Origin: Bryobacter sp. CoA8 C33
GTDB lineage: Bacteria; Acidobacteriota; Terriglobia; Bryobacterales; Bryobacteraceae
DNA length: 64,000 bases
Reading direction: 5' to 3'
Assembly (NCBI GenBank): GCA_019931185.1
Contig: JAINDK010000038.1
Location: 62,391-126,390, forward strand
In this document: piece by piece, positions 26,052 through 35,596 of the stretch
Numbering within the stretch: the stretch's first letter is position 1
How the letters are laid out: each line of letters starts with the position of its first letter
Notes under the pieces: model-generated
Database searches by the model: none
What the model was told of the DNA's origin: nothing
What the model saw: only the letters and a program-made list of their open reading frames with translations
Program-made: the position numbers and the translations under genes

Positions 26052-28117
26052 ATGGGCGATTGACATTCCGGCGCCGATGGCTGCTGCGCATGGGTTTTTT
26101 TTCTATCGCGGCCTTGTTCCTCGAGGGTTCGCCCGCGCAGGAAGCGACTCGGCCACCTGTTGGCACCGACAACGGCAGTCCCGCGCCTTGTGCGGACTTC
26201 TTTCTCTACGCCTGCGGCCATTGGATCCATCAGCACAACATACCGGCGGATGAATCCGGCTGGACCCCGATGTTCGAGCTCATGAAGTCCACCAGCGAGA
26301 ACCTGCGAAAAATCCTCGAACTCGCGGCGTCTAACCGCGAGCCTCGCGACGCCACCAGCCAGCGCATCGGCGACTACTATTCGGCCTGCATGGACGAGTC
26401 TACAGTTGAGAGGCTGGGCGTAGCACCGCTGCAGCCCGTACTAAAGCGGCTGCGAAGTATCGCGAGTTCCCAACAGGCAATGCTCGAAGCAGGCGAACTC
26501 GGGCGGCTTCGCATTTTTGCCCTGTACAAATTCATTAGCCGGCCCGACCCTCGGGACTCGAATCGGGGCATAGGCGAATGGAACCGTCCCGAGTTGACTC
26601 TCGATGACCCAAACGCTTACATCCACGATAACCGCCAAAACCGTGCGCTGCGGCAGGGATTCCTCGCTTATTACGCCGAGTTGTTTCGCCTCACTGGCCT
26701 CGACCCAAAAAGTGCGGAATCCGCTGCGGAAACCATGTGGACAACCGAGACCGCCTTGGCGCGCCGTGGTTGGTCCCGCGAGTCCGAGGCTCATCCCAGG
26801 TCCAGGACGACCACGCTGACGGTCGAGGCAATCGAGCAACGCGCGCCAAATCTTCGCTTGAAACGGGTGCTGTCGGGCTACGGGGTTCCGGCTCGGGTCG
26901 ACATCTTGGTCCCGCATCTGGACTTTCTTGTCGAATTGAATGCATGGTTGGAAAAGGTCTCACCAAAGGACCTTGCGACATATTTGGCGGGACGATACCT
27001 ACATTTCGCTGCCGACATCGGGAGTTCGGCGCCGCCTACCGGCTTTCTCCGGGCCCGTTTGAGATTCAGGCAACTACAATATGGTGAGTCAGAGGTGGCA
27101 CCGCGCTGGCGGCGCTGCACTGAGGCGGTGAATTTGCATATGGGAGAGGCACTGGGCAGGAAATTCGTCGAACGCCACTTCTCTGCGGAAAACAAAACCA
27201 GGGTGACGAAAATGGCGAAGAATATCCTGGCATCCGTTCGGGGACTAATTGAGGCATCAACCTGGCTCGAGCCCGCCACCAAGGCCGCCGCCATCGCGAA
27301 AGCGGACGCGATCCGAATCCGTGTCGGTTTCCCGGATCGATGGCGGTCCTATGACGGCTTGATCGTCCGCCGTCACGATGCGTTCGGCAACCGTGCCCGC
27401 GCCATTCGCTTTGAACACGCACGACAGATGCGGATGATCGGGCAGGAGCTCGACCGCGGCGAGTGGCCCTGGCCTCCGCAGACGGTCAACGGCGGGTATG
27501 CGGCGCAATTGAATACCATCTTCATTCCGGCCGGAATTCTCCAGCCTCCTTTTTACGATCCGCTGGCGCCCGATGCAGCGAACTATGGAACGATCGGCGC
27601 CACCATAGGGCATGAGTACATGCATGGGTTCGATAATCTAGGCCGTTTTTACGATAAGGATGGAAATCTCAAGGACTGGTGGTCGAAGGCGGACGAACAG
27701 GCCTACAACAGCCGGGCGGAGTGTTTCGTCAAGCAATATGATGGGCATGAAGTCTTGGATGGCCTACGCGTCAATGGGCGTCTTACGCTTGGCGAAAACA
27801 TCGCGGACGTCGAAGGGCTCAGAGCGGCGTACAAGGCGCTAGAAACCGAACTGTCTCGCCTTGGAAAACGTATGGACGACGTGGTCCGGCCTGGGGAAGC
27901 TGCTACGTTTGCCCAGATGCTGTTTTTGAGTTTTGCTCAGTCGTCGTGCGCCAAACATCGCCCCGAGGCCATCCGCTCGGATTTGCTCACCAATCCGCAT
28001 GCTCCCGATAACATCAGGGTCAACGGATCGGTGATGAACAATTGTGGTTTCCGGTCGGCCTTTGCTTGCAGCGCCATCAATCCAATGGCGCCGGCGAAAG
28101 CCTGTCGTATCTGGTGA
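26048..28117 (+). CDS. pepO: M13-family zinc metallopeptidase (neprilysin / PepO-like).
   Basis: The 689-aa product has a signal peptide. HEYMHGFD is the HExxH motif. GENIADVEGL is the third zinc-ligand Glu motif of the M13 family. The ATG overlaps the stop of the upstream relic as ATGA. Confidence 0.85.
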   Translation: MNGRLTFRRRWLLRMGFFSIAALFLEGSPAQEATRPPVGTDNGSPAPCADFFLYACGHWIHQHNIPADESGWTPMFELMKSTSENLRKILELAASNREPRDATSQRIGDYYSACMDESTVERLGVAPLQPVLKRLRSIASSQQAMLEAGELGRLRIFALYKFISRPDPRDSNRGIGEWNRPELTLDDPNAYIHDNRQNRALRQGFLAYYAELFRLTGLDPKSAESAAETMWTTETALARRGWSRESEAHPRSRTTTLTVEAIEQRAPNLRLKRVLSGYGVPARVDILVPHLDFLVELNAWLEKVSPKDLATYLAGRYLHFAADIGSSAPPTGFLRARLRFRQLQYGESEVAPRWRRCTEAVNLHMGEALGRKFVERHFSAENKTRVTKMAKNILASVRGLIEASTWLEPATKAAAIAKADAIRIRVGFPDRWRSYDGLIVRRHDAFGNRARAIRFEHARQMRMIGQELDRGEWPWPPQTVNGGYAAQLNTIFIPAGILQPPFYDPLAPDAANYGTIGATIGHEYMHGFDNLGRFYDKDGNLKDWWSKADEQAYNSRAECFVKQYDGHEVLDGLRVNGRLTLGENIADVEGLRAAYKALETELSRLGKRMDDVVRPGEAATFAQMLFLSFAQSSCAKHRPEAIRSDLLTNPHAPDNIRVNGSVMNNCGFRSAFACSAINPMAPAKACRIW

Positions 28118-28439
28118 CCCTAGTCAGAACTGTAGCACCGCCAGTGTCATGTCCATCCGCCTGGTCCTCATCGGCGGCATAGCGGTCAGCAGCCTCTGCA
28201 ACATTGGAAATTACCGCCGCCGGAGAGAGGCCGATTTGACTTTGCCGAATGCCCTCAACGGTCGAATCATCCCACATTTCGCCATCGCTGTTGGGCACCT
28301 CCGTGAGTCCGTCCGAACAGCAAAAGAGCAAGTCGCCATGTTGCAACTGCACACTTTCCTCTTCGTAGAGCACCGCTGCGAACAATCCGACCGGGGTGCC
28401 GCGAAGCCCGAGCCGTTCGATCATTCTGGACCGGCGCAT
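28077..28439 (-). pseudogene. C-terminal fragment of a PP2C/SpoIIE-type serine phosphatase.
   Basis: GDLLFCCSDGLTEV and ...DEDQADGHDTGGATVL match the C-terminal half of SpoIIE-like PP2C domains. Weak PP2C-like similarity continues upstream to about 28510. The N-terminal half, which should include the D-x-x-G-H-G metal site, is absent. Its position is occupied by the 3' end of the DUF4252 gene. Confidence 0.5.
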
Positions 28440-28539
28440 CAGAAAAGGGGGAACTTGATTCGCGTTAACATAGGCAAGCGCCGAGTGGAATATCAACGAT
28501 GCAACGGACGAGGGTGGGGCATCGGCTCGGCCATCCTCG

Positions 28540-29103
28540 CTAAAACAGCTCCTCTTCTTCTTGCTTGGCGCTGCCCTTTTTCTTGCTCGTCTCCGCCGGA
28601 CCCATTTGAATGTTCGGTACCCCCAGTTTGCCGGACAGCTTGGCCAGCGAAGACAGATCCAGTTGACCAACGATACTGACAACCGCAATCTCGGTCGGCT
28701 CCACGTTCACAATCAGGAATCCAGCGTTCTCGCCCTTCGGCCCCTTGCGCATGGCGATCTCGGTGAAGCCGTTCTTCTTCTTCACCGAAATCAGCGATAC
28801 CAGATTGCCCGTCATCACGCTCTCCCGCAGCTTCTCCGTTTCGGCGAGGGTGTATGCGCCTTCCTTGTCGAACTGGAGCGTTTTCACCTGCACTCTCTCG
28901 ACCGTCTTTCCGAGCCCTTGCAGTTCCGGGGCCAACTCACTGCCGAGGCCCATCATCAGTTTGATCTGCTCCGGGCCCAGGTTGATATCTGTGGTCTCCG
29001 ATGCCTTGGCCTCGAGCGCCTTCAGTGCGCGCAAATCAATTTCCTGCGCCGCGGCGGCTAGCCACGACATCAGCAAAACCGCGAATACTTGTTTCTTGAT
29101 CAT
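28540..29103 (-). CDS. Secreted DUF4252-like protein, third gene of an ECF sigma cassette.
   Basis: An internal ATG at 29101-29103 with GGAG 8 nt upstream gives the signal peptide MIKKQVFAVLLMSWLAAAAQ. The mature part is about 165 aa. Size, secretion, and position after a sigma / anti-sigma pair match the DUF4252 context known from Bacteroidota. Confidence 0.55.
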   Translation of the reverse strand: MIKKQVFAVLLMSWLAAAAQEIDLRALKALEAKASETTDINLGPEQIKLMMGLGSELAPELQGLGKTVERVQVKTLQFDKEGAYTLAETEKLRESVMTGNLVSLISVKKKNGFTEIAMRKGPKGENAGFLIVNVEPTEIAVVSIVGQLDLSSLAKLSGKLGVPNIQMGPAETSKKKGSAKQEEEELF

Positions 29104-29122
29104 GGAATTACTCCGGGTTGAA

Positions 29123-29449
29123 TTAGTTGGTTTGGGGTAGTTGCACAGGGACTTCAACGACCAGTTTTGCCTGGACCTCGAGGACCTCGCGATGGGCAAT
29201 GCGCAGAGCCAGTTTGAATTGTTCTGCTACCGCTTCGGCGCGCCGGCGCTGCTCCCAGCGATAGAGGCCAAAAGATCCAATCGTCAGCAGAGCGGCCAGA
29301 GCAACGATGCGGCGCCACAAGACGGCGTGGGAGCTTCTACGCCCCCGGGATGCCGCGGCGTTCAGAATGCGCGCTCGCAGCAGGGGCGGCGCGGACGTCT
29401 CCCGCAGCGCCTCTCGCAATTGCAATTCCAGATCGGGAGATTCGTTCAT
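29123..29449 (-). CDS. Putative anti-sigma factor, single-pass membrane protein.
   Basis: The 108-aa product has one TM segment (IVALAALLTIGSFGLY). It overlaps the sigma-factor stop in the ATGA form. Confidence 0.6.
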   Translation of the reverse strand: MNESPDLELQLREALRETSAPPLLRARILNAAASRGRRSSHAVLWRRIVALAALLTIGSFGLYRWEQRRRAEAVAEQFKLALRIAHREVLEVQAKLVVEVPVQLPQTN

Positions 29450-29952
29450 CCTTTCGGCCTCGCTTCCGTGCGGCGTTCCAACTTGCCGCGCAGTAATTTC
29501 AAAGTGCGATGAATCCGGCTTTTCACCGTCGCCACCGGCATGTTCAGAGTGGCGGCAATTTCGCCCGGCTCCAATTCCTGCTGAAAGCGAAGCACGGTCA
29601 GAACACGCGCCTCCGCTGGCAGGGCCGCGACGGTCGAACGCAACAGCGCCAGCAGAAGCGGATCGCTGTCACCCGGTTCCGTAAAGGACTCCGGCACCTC
29701 ATCGAGCCCCGGCCCGCTGCGGTATCTCCGGCGGCGAATCTCATCAATCGAGCGGTTCGCTGCCGTCCGCCGCAGCCAGTTGCGGACGTGGTCTTCGCTT
29801 TCCAGCCCATGCAGATGCTCGTGCAAACTCAGAAAAACCTCCTGGGCGAGGTCTTCGGCCGCTTCGCGTTGCCCCAGACTCCGCAGGGCTATGGAATAAA
29901 CCATGCCTTGGTAGCGATCGACGAGCTCAGCGAATTCGGGAAGATCACCCAT
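29446..29952 (-). CDS. ECF-family RNA polymerase sigma factor (sigma-70 regions 2 and 4).
   Basis: The 168-aa product has the region-2 motif DLAQEVFLSLHEHL and a region-4 HTH (PGEIAATLNMPVATVKSRIHR). Confidence 0.9.
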   Translation of the reverse strand: MGDLPEFAELVDRYQGMVYSIALRSLGQREAAEDLAQEVFLSLHEHLHGLESEDHVRNWLRRTAANRSIDEIRRRRYRSGPGLDEVPESFTEPGDSDPLLLALLRSTVAALPAEARVLTVLRFQQELEPGEIAATLNMPVATVKSRIHRTLKLLRGKLERRTEARPKG

Positions 29953-30000
29953 TTGATAAACAGTACGGATGGAGGCGGCCGAGCAGTGGCAAAAAGTTTT

Positions 30001-30843
30001 CTAGTTTTTTGGTTTCCCCAATTGATCGACGATGCGTGTGGCCTCTTCCACCGCGCGCGCCAGCACACTGCGGATCTTGCCGTCCTCGAGCATCAGCAAG
30101 CCGCCGATCGTGCATCCCGCCGGGGTCGTCACGTCATCCCGCAGGGCGGCCGGATGACGGCCGGTTTCCTGCACCATCCGCGCCGAGCCCAGCATGGTCT
30201 GCGCAACCAGATCCATGGCGAGTTCGCGCGGCAATCCCACGCGAACCCCCGCGTCGGCAAGCGCTTCCATCACCAGATACATATAAGCTGGCCCGGAGCC
30301 CGATAGTGCCGTGATTGCATTGAAATAATGCTCCTCGACCGGAAAGGTCCTCCCCGCCGCGGCGAAGATCGCCCGAGCACGGCTCAAGTCCTCCGGCTTC
30401 GTCCATCGCCCGCCGCAGTACACCGTCACCCCGTGGCCGACCAGGCATGGTGTATTGGGCATCGCTCGGATCACGCGCGGCTGGGCCGGATCGAGAAGAT
30501 CCTCAAGCCGCGCCGTCGTCACCCCGGCCAGCACCGTGATCAGTAGCGTATCCGGCCGCAGCCCCGCCGCTGTCAGCGTCTGGGTAATGCGCGCGACCTG
30601 ACCCGGCTTCACCGCCAGCAACAGAATTTCCGCATCGCCGACCAGCGGGGCGAAATCCGTCACCGCCTGTACGCCAAGACGCCGCGAAACCTCCTCGCAT
30701 GACGCATCCGTCTTAGCCGCACCCCACGCCTGTTGGCGGCTCACCAGGCCTTGATCCAGAATCCCCTTCAGCAGGGCCGTACCCATGACGCCGGCGCCGA
30801 TCACGCCAAACGTGCGCCCCGGACTCAGTAGCTCTTCACTCAT
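30001..30843 (-). CDS. proC: Pyrroline-5-carboxylate reductase.
   Basis: The 280-aa product carries GVIGAGVMG (NADP-binding) and a ProC family C-terminal dimerisation region. Confidence 0.9.
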   Translation of the reverse strand: MSEELLSPGRTFGVIGAGVMGTALLKGILDQGLVSRQQAWGAAKTDASCEEVSRRLGVQAVTDFAPLVGDAEILLLAVKPGQVARITQTLTAAGLRPDTLLITVLAGVTTARLEDLLDPAQPRVIRAMPNTPCLVGHGVTVYCGGRWTKPEDLSRARAIFAAAGRTFPVEEHYFNAITALSGSGPAYMYLVMEALADAGVRVGLPRELAMDLVAQTMLGSARMVQETGRHPAALRDDVTTPAGCTIGGLLMLEDGKIRSVLARAVEEATRIVDQLGKPKN

Positions 30844-30878
30844 ATGCCCATACTGACAGCTTTCCCTTCCGATTTTCG

Positions 30879-30907
30879 TTGACAGCCTTCAAAACTGGAT
30901 CTACTAT
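30879..30907 (+). promoter_or_regulatory. Candidate sigma-70 promoter for the SPFH/flotillin gene.
   Basis: TTGACA at 30879-30884, a 17-nt spacer, and TACTAT at 30902-30907 sit in an AT-richer spacer about 135 nt upstream of the ATG. AAGGAG lies 12 nt before the start. Confidence 0.35.
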
Positions 30908-31042
30908 CGAAGCTGTGAGCCTTCGAGGGCTCTCTTATGTCGAACCCCTCACTTCCGATCTAAATTCATCTTTTAGATCCCTTTCTAACCAAATCCCAAA
31001 AAGTTAAGATTTTCTGATCTCGAGAAAGGAGAGTCATCCCCC

Positions 31043-32959
31043 ATGTGGATGATCATTCAGGCGAGCCTGGCAGGCGTGTGTCTGCTCGGCGCCGTCATCG
31101 TGCTTCTGCTGTCGGTACATAAGATTGGTCCCAGTGAAGTTGGTCTGGTAACCAAAAGATTTTCTTCCCGTAAGTTAGATGATGATAACCTCATTGCGTT
31201 TCAAGGTGAGGCAGGTTATCAGTCCGAGTTATTGATGCCGGGCCTCCGCTTCCGCTGGTGGCCGCTCTATGGCGTCGAAAAATTCCCCTGGGTCCAGATT
31301 CCCGCCGGCCAGATCGGCGTCGTCTTGGCGCAGGTGGGCCAGCCTTTGCCTGTCGGCGCCAAAAGCGCCGTCTATCGTCCGGCCTTCGGCCAGTTTGCTG
31401 ATCTCGAGCTGTTTATTCGCGAAGGCGGCCAGAAGGGCGTACAACGGCCCGTCCTGCCTCCCGGAACCACGCTGCCCATACACCCCGTGGCCTTCCTCGT
31501 CGTCACCCGCGACCAGACTTTCGGCCTGCCCGCCAACCCCGAATTGAGCGCCGCCGGCGGCCCCATTACCCCCGCCAGCTTCGGCATGAACCCCTGCGAT
31601 TTTGAGGTCGTCCAGATCCGCCGCGGCAACGACGCCCGCGACATCGTGGGCATCGTCAACACACTCGAAGGCAGCCCCCTGCCGAGTGGCGATATTTCGA
31701 GCCGCCTCAATGGCTTCGCCGACGTGGTCGAAATGGAACAAGCCGGCTCGGGCGACCAGGACATCATCGAAGTCTTACTCGGCGCGAAAAATGATTTGCA
31801 CAACAACTATCAGGATTTTCAGGCCTTCCTCGATCACGGCGGACGAATCGGCCTCCAGCACGATCCTCTTCTCTATGGCGCCTACACCCTGAACCCATTC
31901 CTCGTCCGCGTCGAACTCGTGCCCATGCTGGTCATCGAGCAGGGCCAGGTCGCAGTCATCAAGAGCTATGTGGGTCTGCCCCCACGGGACACCTCCGGAG
32001 CTGAATTCAAATTCGGCACGCTCGTCCGGCCCGGTCATCGTGGCATCTGGCAGGAACCGCTGCGCACCGGCAAGTACCCCATCAATCCCTACTGCTACAA
32101 GGCCGAAATCGTTCCGACGGCGATTCTTACCCTCAACTGGGCCGAGCGCGTTTCGGCGGCACACCACTTGGACGCCAAGCTAGAGACGATCACCGCCAAG
32201 AGCGCCGAAGGTTTTGTGTTTCGCATTGATTTGCAGGTGCAGATCCATGTTCCCGATACGCGCGCTCCACGCGTCATCTCCACTGTCGGCACGATCAACA
32301 ACCTCGTCGATGAAGTGCTCCAGGCCGCCGTCGGCAATCATTTCCGCGACACGCTGCAATCCATGCCGGCCATCAGCTTTATCGAGAAGCGGCGCGACGT
32401 CCAGCGCCAAGCTTTCGAGCGCATCGCCGAGCTCCTGTCAATCTACTTCGTCGAAACCAAGGGAGTCTATATCCAGGACGTCCTGCTGCCTCAGGACCTC
32501 GTGAAAGTACTCACCGAGCGGGAAATCGCCAAGCAGGAAATCGCTACCTTCGAGCAACAGAAACAAGCGCAGGAAGGCCGCATTCGCATGGAGCAGGCAC
32601 GCGGCACCGCCGACATGCAGGCCGAACTGGCCAAGTCTGCCGTCGGCGTTACGATCAAAACCAATCAGGCCAGTGCCCGGCGCGCCGAGGCTGAAGGCGA
32701 AAGCTACTTTATCGAGCAAACCGGCAAGGCCAAGGGCGCCGAAGTGCGCGCTGTTGGCTTGGCCAAGGCCGAGGCTTACGATGCCCAGGTCAAAAGCTTT
32801 GGCGCCAACGCCACCGCCTTCGTCAATGCCGTCGACGCACTGTCGAAAAGCGGCAACCGCTTTGTACCCGAGATTCTGGTTTCCGGCTCGAGCGGCGGAG
32901 CTTTCGACGGCCTCGCCGCCACGCTGATGAAATATCTCAGCGAACGCAAGGCCAGCTAA
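31043..32959 (+). CDS. SPFH (band-7) / flotillin-like membrane protein with a long C-terminal coiled coil.
   Basis: The 638-aa product has an N-terminal TM helix, an SPFH-like core, and EA-rich heptad segments ([30 protein letters not shown]...). The architecture resembles YqiK/FloT. Confidence 0.55.
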   Translation: MWMIIQASLAGVCLLGAVIVLLLSVHKIGPSEVGLVTKRFSSRKLDDDNLIAFQGEAGYQSELLMPGLRFRWWPLYGVEKFPWVQIPAGQIGVVLAQVGQPLPVGAKSAVYRPAFGQFADLELFIREGGQKGVQRPVLPPGTTLPIHPVAFLVVTRDQTFGLPANPELSAAGGPITPASFGMNPCDFEVVQIRRGNDARDIVGIVNTLEGSPLPSGDISSRLNGFADVVEMEQAGSGDQDIIEVLLGAKNDLHNNYQDFQAFLDHGGRIGLQHDPLLYGAYTLNPFLVRVELVPMLVIEQGQVAVIKSYVGLPPRDTSGAEFKFGTLVRPGHRGIWQEPLRTGKYPINPYCYKAEIVPTAILTLNWAERVSAAHHLDAKLETITAKSAEGFVFRIDLQVQIHVPDTRAPRVISTVGTINNLVDEVLQAAVGNHFRDTLQSMPAISFIEKRRDVQRQAFERIAELLSIYFVETKGVYIQDVLLPQDLVKVLTEREIAKQEIATFEQQKQAQEGRIRMEQARGTADMQAELAKSAVGVTIKTNQASARRAEAEGESYFIEQTGKAKGAEVRAVGLAKAEAYDAQVKSFGANATAFVNAVDALSKSGNRFVPEILVSGSSGGAFDGLAATLMKYLSERKAS

Positions 32960-33399
32960 CTCGAACTCGATTGCGTCTTGCTCGCCATCACCGCGAGTTC
33001 GTCGCATCGGTTGTTGTCGGGATGGTCCGCATGGCCTTTCACCCACTTCCAGGTCGTTTCATGACGGGCGGCCTGGAAGTCCAACTCCTGCCAAAGATCC
33101 TGGTTCTTTACCGGTTGCTTGCTCGCCGTGCGCCAACTGTTGCGCTTCCAGGATTGAATCCATTCCGTGATGCCTTTGCGCACATACTCGCTGTCGGTAG
33201 TGATCGTCACGACGCACTTTTCCCGCAAGATCTTGAGACCTTCGACGGCCGCGCGTAACTCCATGCGGTTATTTGTGGTCTGGGCTTCAGCTCCCCAAAG
33301 TTCCTTCTTGTGATGGCCGTAGCGCAGAATGGCAGCCCAGCCTCCAGGCCCAGGGTTACCCGAGCAAGCCCCGTCAGTGATCAGTTCCACGTGTTTCAT
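32956..33399 (-). CDS. rnhA: Ribonuclease HI.
   Basis: [18 protein letters not shown] and the RNase H catalytic residues are present. The product is 147 aa. The start overlaps the dus stop as ATGA. Confidence 0.95.
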   Translation of the reverse strand: MKHVELITDGACSGNPGPGGWAAILRYGHHKKELWGAEAQTTNNRMELRAAVEGLKILREKCVVTITTDSEYVRKGITEWIQSWKRNSWRTASKQPVKNQDLWQELDFQAARHETTWKWVKGHADHPDNNRCDELAVMASKTQSSSS

Positions 33400-34439
33400 G
33401 CGGCGACTGTACTGTCCACGGTACCTTCTTCGTCAACGTGTTGGAGACGCGTGAAGAAGTCATCGACGGCATCGAGAATCGGCCCCGTATCGTGATGTTT
33501 GTAAATGGCCGCCCGCAGACGAGCCCCGTTGCGCACACCGTGCGTGAAGTAAGACGTAAACTGCTTCATCTTGCCGACGGCCTCCGGCCAATTGCTCTCG
33601 GCCAGCATTGTGAAGTAGCGCCGCATAATTTCGTGCCGGTCCTGCTCGCCCGGTTGCCAGTAGGCGCCCGTGCGAAGGTATTCATCAATCTGGCGGAAGA
33701 TCCAGGGGTTGTAGCTGGCCGCGCGCCCGATCATGACGGCGTCGCACTTCGTTTCCTGGATCATGCGAACCGCGTCTTCCGGTGTGATGATGTCGCCATT
33801 GCCGATTACCGGGATCTTCACATTCGCCTTGAGTTCAGCAATACGCGACCAATCCGCCTTGCCCGAGTAGCCTTGCTCTCGCGTGCGCGGATGCAGCGCT
33901 ATGGCCGCCAAGCCAAGGTCCTCGGCGATCTTGCCCATCTGCACAAAGACCAGTTCGTGATCGTTCCAGCCTGCGCGAAACTTCATCGTCAGCGGTATCG
34001 AGATCGCACTCTTCACCGCTTTGAGAATGTCTGCAATCAATGGCAGATCGCGCAGACACCCCGAACCCCCATTGCAACGAACCACCTTCTTGACCGGACA
34101 CCCGAAGTTGATATCGACGAAATCGAAACCGAGGTCCTGGCAATGCCGCGCCGCATCGGCCATCACCGCCGGGTCCGCGCCAAACAGTTGGGCCGAGATC
34201 GGGTGTTCTTCCGGCTCGAAACAAAGGTAGCGCTTTTCTGTCTTCGAAGGCTTCTTGCCCCGCACGCTCGCCACCACGCCATGACTCGACGTGAATTCCG
34301 TCATAATGAGACCACAGCCGCCCTGAGACCGAATCAGGCGGCGAAAGATCGTGTCCGTCACGCCCGCCATCGGGGCGAGAACGGTCGCAGGGACGATGTT
34401 GGTGGAGCCAATAGGAAAACTGGCGGGGAACTCACGCAT
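33396..34439 (-). CDS. dus: tRNA-dihydrouridine synthase.
   Basis: LAPMAGVTD and INFGCP (catalytic Cys) are present in the 347-aa product. Confidence 0.9.
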   Translation of the reverse strand: MREFPASFPIGSTNIVPATVLAPMAGVTDTIFRRLIRSQGGCGLIMTEFTSSHGVVASVRGKKPSKTEKRYLCFEPEEHPISAQLFGADPAVMADAARHCQDLGFDFVDINFGCPVKKVVRCNGGSGCLRDLPLIADILKAVKSAISIPLTMKFRAGWNDHELVFVQMGKIAEDLGLAAIALHPRTREQGYSGKADWSRIAELKANVKIPVIGNGDIITPEDAVRMIQETKCDAVMIGRAASYNPWIFRQIDEYLRTGAYWQPGEQDRHEIMRRYFTMLAESNWPEAVGKMKQFTSYFTHGVRNGARLRAAIYKHHDTGPILDAVDDFFTRLQHVDEEGTVDSTVAA

Positions 34440-34512
34440 CTCTTCCTATTATGAAGGGTTCAGAATTCGGCCCGCTCGAAACTTGGCTCGATCCCGAGGC
34501 GTCAGGAGAGAT

Positions 34513-35502
34513 ATGAACCCCAAGATCATTTTGGCCTTTGCCGGTGGAGCCGCTGTGGCTGGTGTGCTGGCGTTGCTGTTGACGCGGGGTTCCGATCCGC
34601 GGAAGCCCGTTGGTACACCCGCCGCCACGACCTCAGCTCGTGTGATCGAGCAGCCGGTTGAGATGGCTAAGAGTTCGGCCGATGTCGCCGCCAGCAGGGA
34701 GGCTGTTAAACCGCGTCCGGTCGATATGGCGCGCCTTGAGACAAAGTTGCCCAAGCCCGCTCCCGTCGTCGTCAAGCCCGGCTCGGTTGCCGAACCCGTC
34801 AAGGCTCCTGTCGCCTCCGCGCCCCAGCCAGCCAGTGAATCTGCAAGCGGCGGAGTGATTCTGCCTCCCTTTAACTCCAATCCCACCCCGGCCGAGCCGG
34901 TCAAACGCGAAGAGCCCAAGCGGGCTGAGATCCTCAAGCCCGATCCCGTCGCTAAGCCCGCACCGGCCCGCGTCCCGGAAACCGTTACGATCCCCGCTGG
35001 AACCAGCATCACCGTCCGCCTTGGAGAAACGCTGACTTCTGAAAAAAATATCGCCGGTGATTCCTTCCGCGGCACACTTGATTCCCCGCTCGTGGTCAAC
35101 GATATGGTCCTTGCCGAGCGAGGTGCTCGCGTCGAGGGTAAGATCGCCGAAGTCGATCGCAGCGGGCGCGTGAAAGGAACTGCGCGGCTCGCGCTCGTGC
35201 TAACACGAATCACTCTCAGCGACGGCCAGAAGGTCGAATTACGCACCGATAACTGGGAACGGATGGCCGAAAACTCGAGTAAACGGGATGCCGCCAAGGT
35301 CGGCATCATGAGCGGCATCGGCGCGGCGATCGGCGCCATCGCTGGAGGCGGCAAAGGCGCCGCCGTCGGCGCTGCCTCCGGCGCCGGCGCTGGCACCGGC
35401 GTCGTTCTCGCCACCCGCGGCAAAGCCGCCCAAATCGACGTCGAAACAAAAATCCCTTTCCGTCTCAGCACCCCGCTGACTGTGACGGAAAAGATCAACT
35501 GA
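34513..35502 (+). CDS. Membrane-anchored hypothetical protein with a Pro/Ala-rich linker and a C-terminal glycine-zipper segment.
   Basis: The ATG at 34513 has AGGAG 5 nt upstream. The track ORF starts at 34351 and overlaps dus. There is a TM anchor (ILAFAGGAAVAGVLALLL) and a Gly-rich stretch GIGAAIGAIAGGGKGAAVGAASGAGAG. C3-rich codon usage supports this strand over the antisense ORF 34449..35513. Confidence 0.6.
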   Translation: MNPKIILAFAGGAAVAGVLALLLTRGSDPRKPVGTPAATTSARVIEQPVEMAKSSADVAASREAVKPRPVDMARLETKLPKPAPVVVKPGSVAEPVKAPVASAPQPASESASGGVILPPFNSNPTPAEPVKREEPKRAEILKPDPVAKPAPARVPETVTIPAGTSITVRLGETLTSEKNIAGDSFRGTLDSPLVVNDMVLAERGARVEGKIAEVDRSGRVKGTARLALVLTRITLSDGQKVELRTDNWERMAENSSKRDAAKVGIMSGIGAAIGAIAGGGKGAAVGAASGAGAGTGVVLATRGKAAQIDVETKIPFRLSTPLTVTEKIN

Positions 35503-35520
35503 GTTAAAATCAACCTAGAG

Positions 35521-35596
35521 GGCCGGTATAGCTCAGTAGGTAGAGCGCCTGATTTGTAATCAGATGGTCGTTGGTTCGATTCCGACTACCGGCTCC
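35521..35596 (+). tRNA. tRNA-Thr, anticodon TGT.
   Basis: GGCCGGTATAGCTCAGTAGGTAGAGCGCCTGATTTGTAATCAGATGGTCGTTGGTTCGATTCCGACTACCGGCT folds as a cloverleaf. The acceptor is GGCCGGT/ACCGGCT, the anticodon loop TTTGTAA, and the T-loop GGTTCGATTCC. Confidence 0.85.

Noticed and set aside
28440-28688. N-terminal 83 codons of the track ORF 28077..28688.
   Set aside because: This part overlaps the 3' end of the DUF4252-like gene in another frame and shows at most weak PP2C-like similarity. Only the PP2C-like C-terminal part is reported, as a relic.
34449-35513. 354-aa minus-strand ORF.
   Set aside because: It is antisense to 34513..35502. The plus frame has the genome-typical C3 codon bias and the minus frame does not.
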